From: an uncultured Nitrososphaerota archaeon
Lineage (GTDB): Archaea > Thermoproteota > Nitrososphaeria > Nitrososphaerales > CADDZS01
Direction: 5' to 3'
Assembly: GCA_963799845.1 (NCBI GenBank)
Contig: CAWCYI010000006.1
Location: 288,001 to 352,000, forward strand
DNA length: 64,000 bases
A model generated the notes under the pieces. The model saw only the letters and a list, made by a program, of their open reading frames with translations, did no database searches and was not told the origin of the DNA. A program made the translations under genes and the position numbers. Shown here one piece after another: positions 63,661 through 64,000 of this stretch. How positions within the stretch are numbered: position 1 is the first letter of the stretch; the number at the start of each line of letters is the position of its first letter.

Positions 63661-64000
63661 CCCGTCGCTCGCGGCAGCGCCTCCGGGCGCGGTGTTACCC
63701 CTTACGATGCACGCATCGATTGATACACTTCCCGTTCCAGTATTTAGTCCCGCGAAGGCCTTCTCAATAGCGATTCCCGCCCCATGGCCGAGCGAACTTT
63801 TTTTTCAACTATGAAATTCCGGAGCGACAGCGTGGCATTGTGGCTGCAGGGTTCCCATTAGGGATGCGCTCCATCCTCGGTCGAGTCTGAAGAGCACGAG
63901 TAAATGCCGCCTCCCATGCCCGCCCGCGGCCGCCCTTCAGGAATGATTCTGTTTCCGGCGACTTGCAATACCCCCCCTCCAGCGAACATGTCCGCGTTGT

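Noticed and set aside
63660-64000. GC-rich end of the window as a structured RNA
   Set aside because: No tRNA, SRP or RNase P signature was recognised; it may be coding sequence truncated by the window edge.

Overview
Archaeal chromosomal segment. Gene content (aIF-5A, Rpo4/Rpo11, Csl4, PCNA, Dph2/Dph6, AglB, F420 genes, GcvT/H, CoxL-like protein, grpE-dnaK-dnaJ) suggests a TACK lineage, probably a Nitrososphaerota relative; this is inferred, not searched. About 1-42 kb and 51.5-62 kb are housekeeping or metabolic. About 42.4-51.5 kb is an accessory island: a truncated IS200/IS605 tnpB, an orphan GHKL/MORC-like ATPase, a yyaL (SPATA20-like) gene entered by a LAGLIDADG endonuclease cassette that carries a replacement 5' end, a HEPN/MtlR-like gene, an apparently intact IS110-family element, and a non-coding region with a helically phased AGCT array. 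Features missed by the ORF track include a two-intron initiator tRNA-Met, a 53-aa C2H2 zinc-finger ORF and an orphaned yyaL 5' fragment. Many conserved genes carry single frameshifts that look like sequencing or assembly indels.
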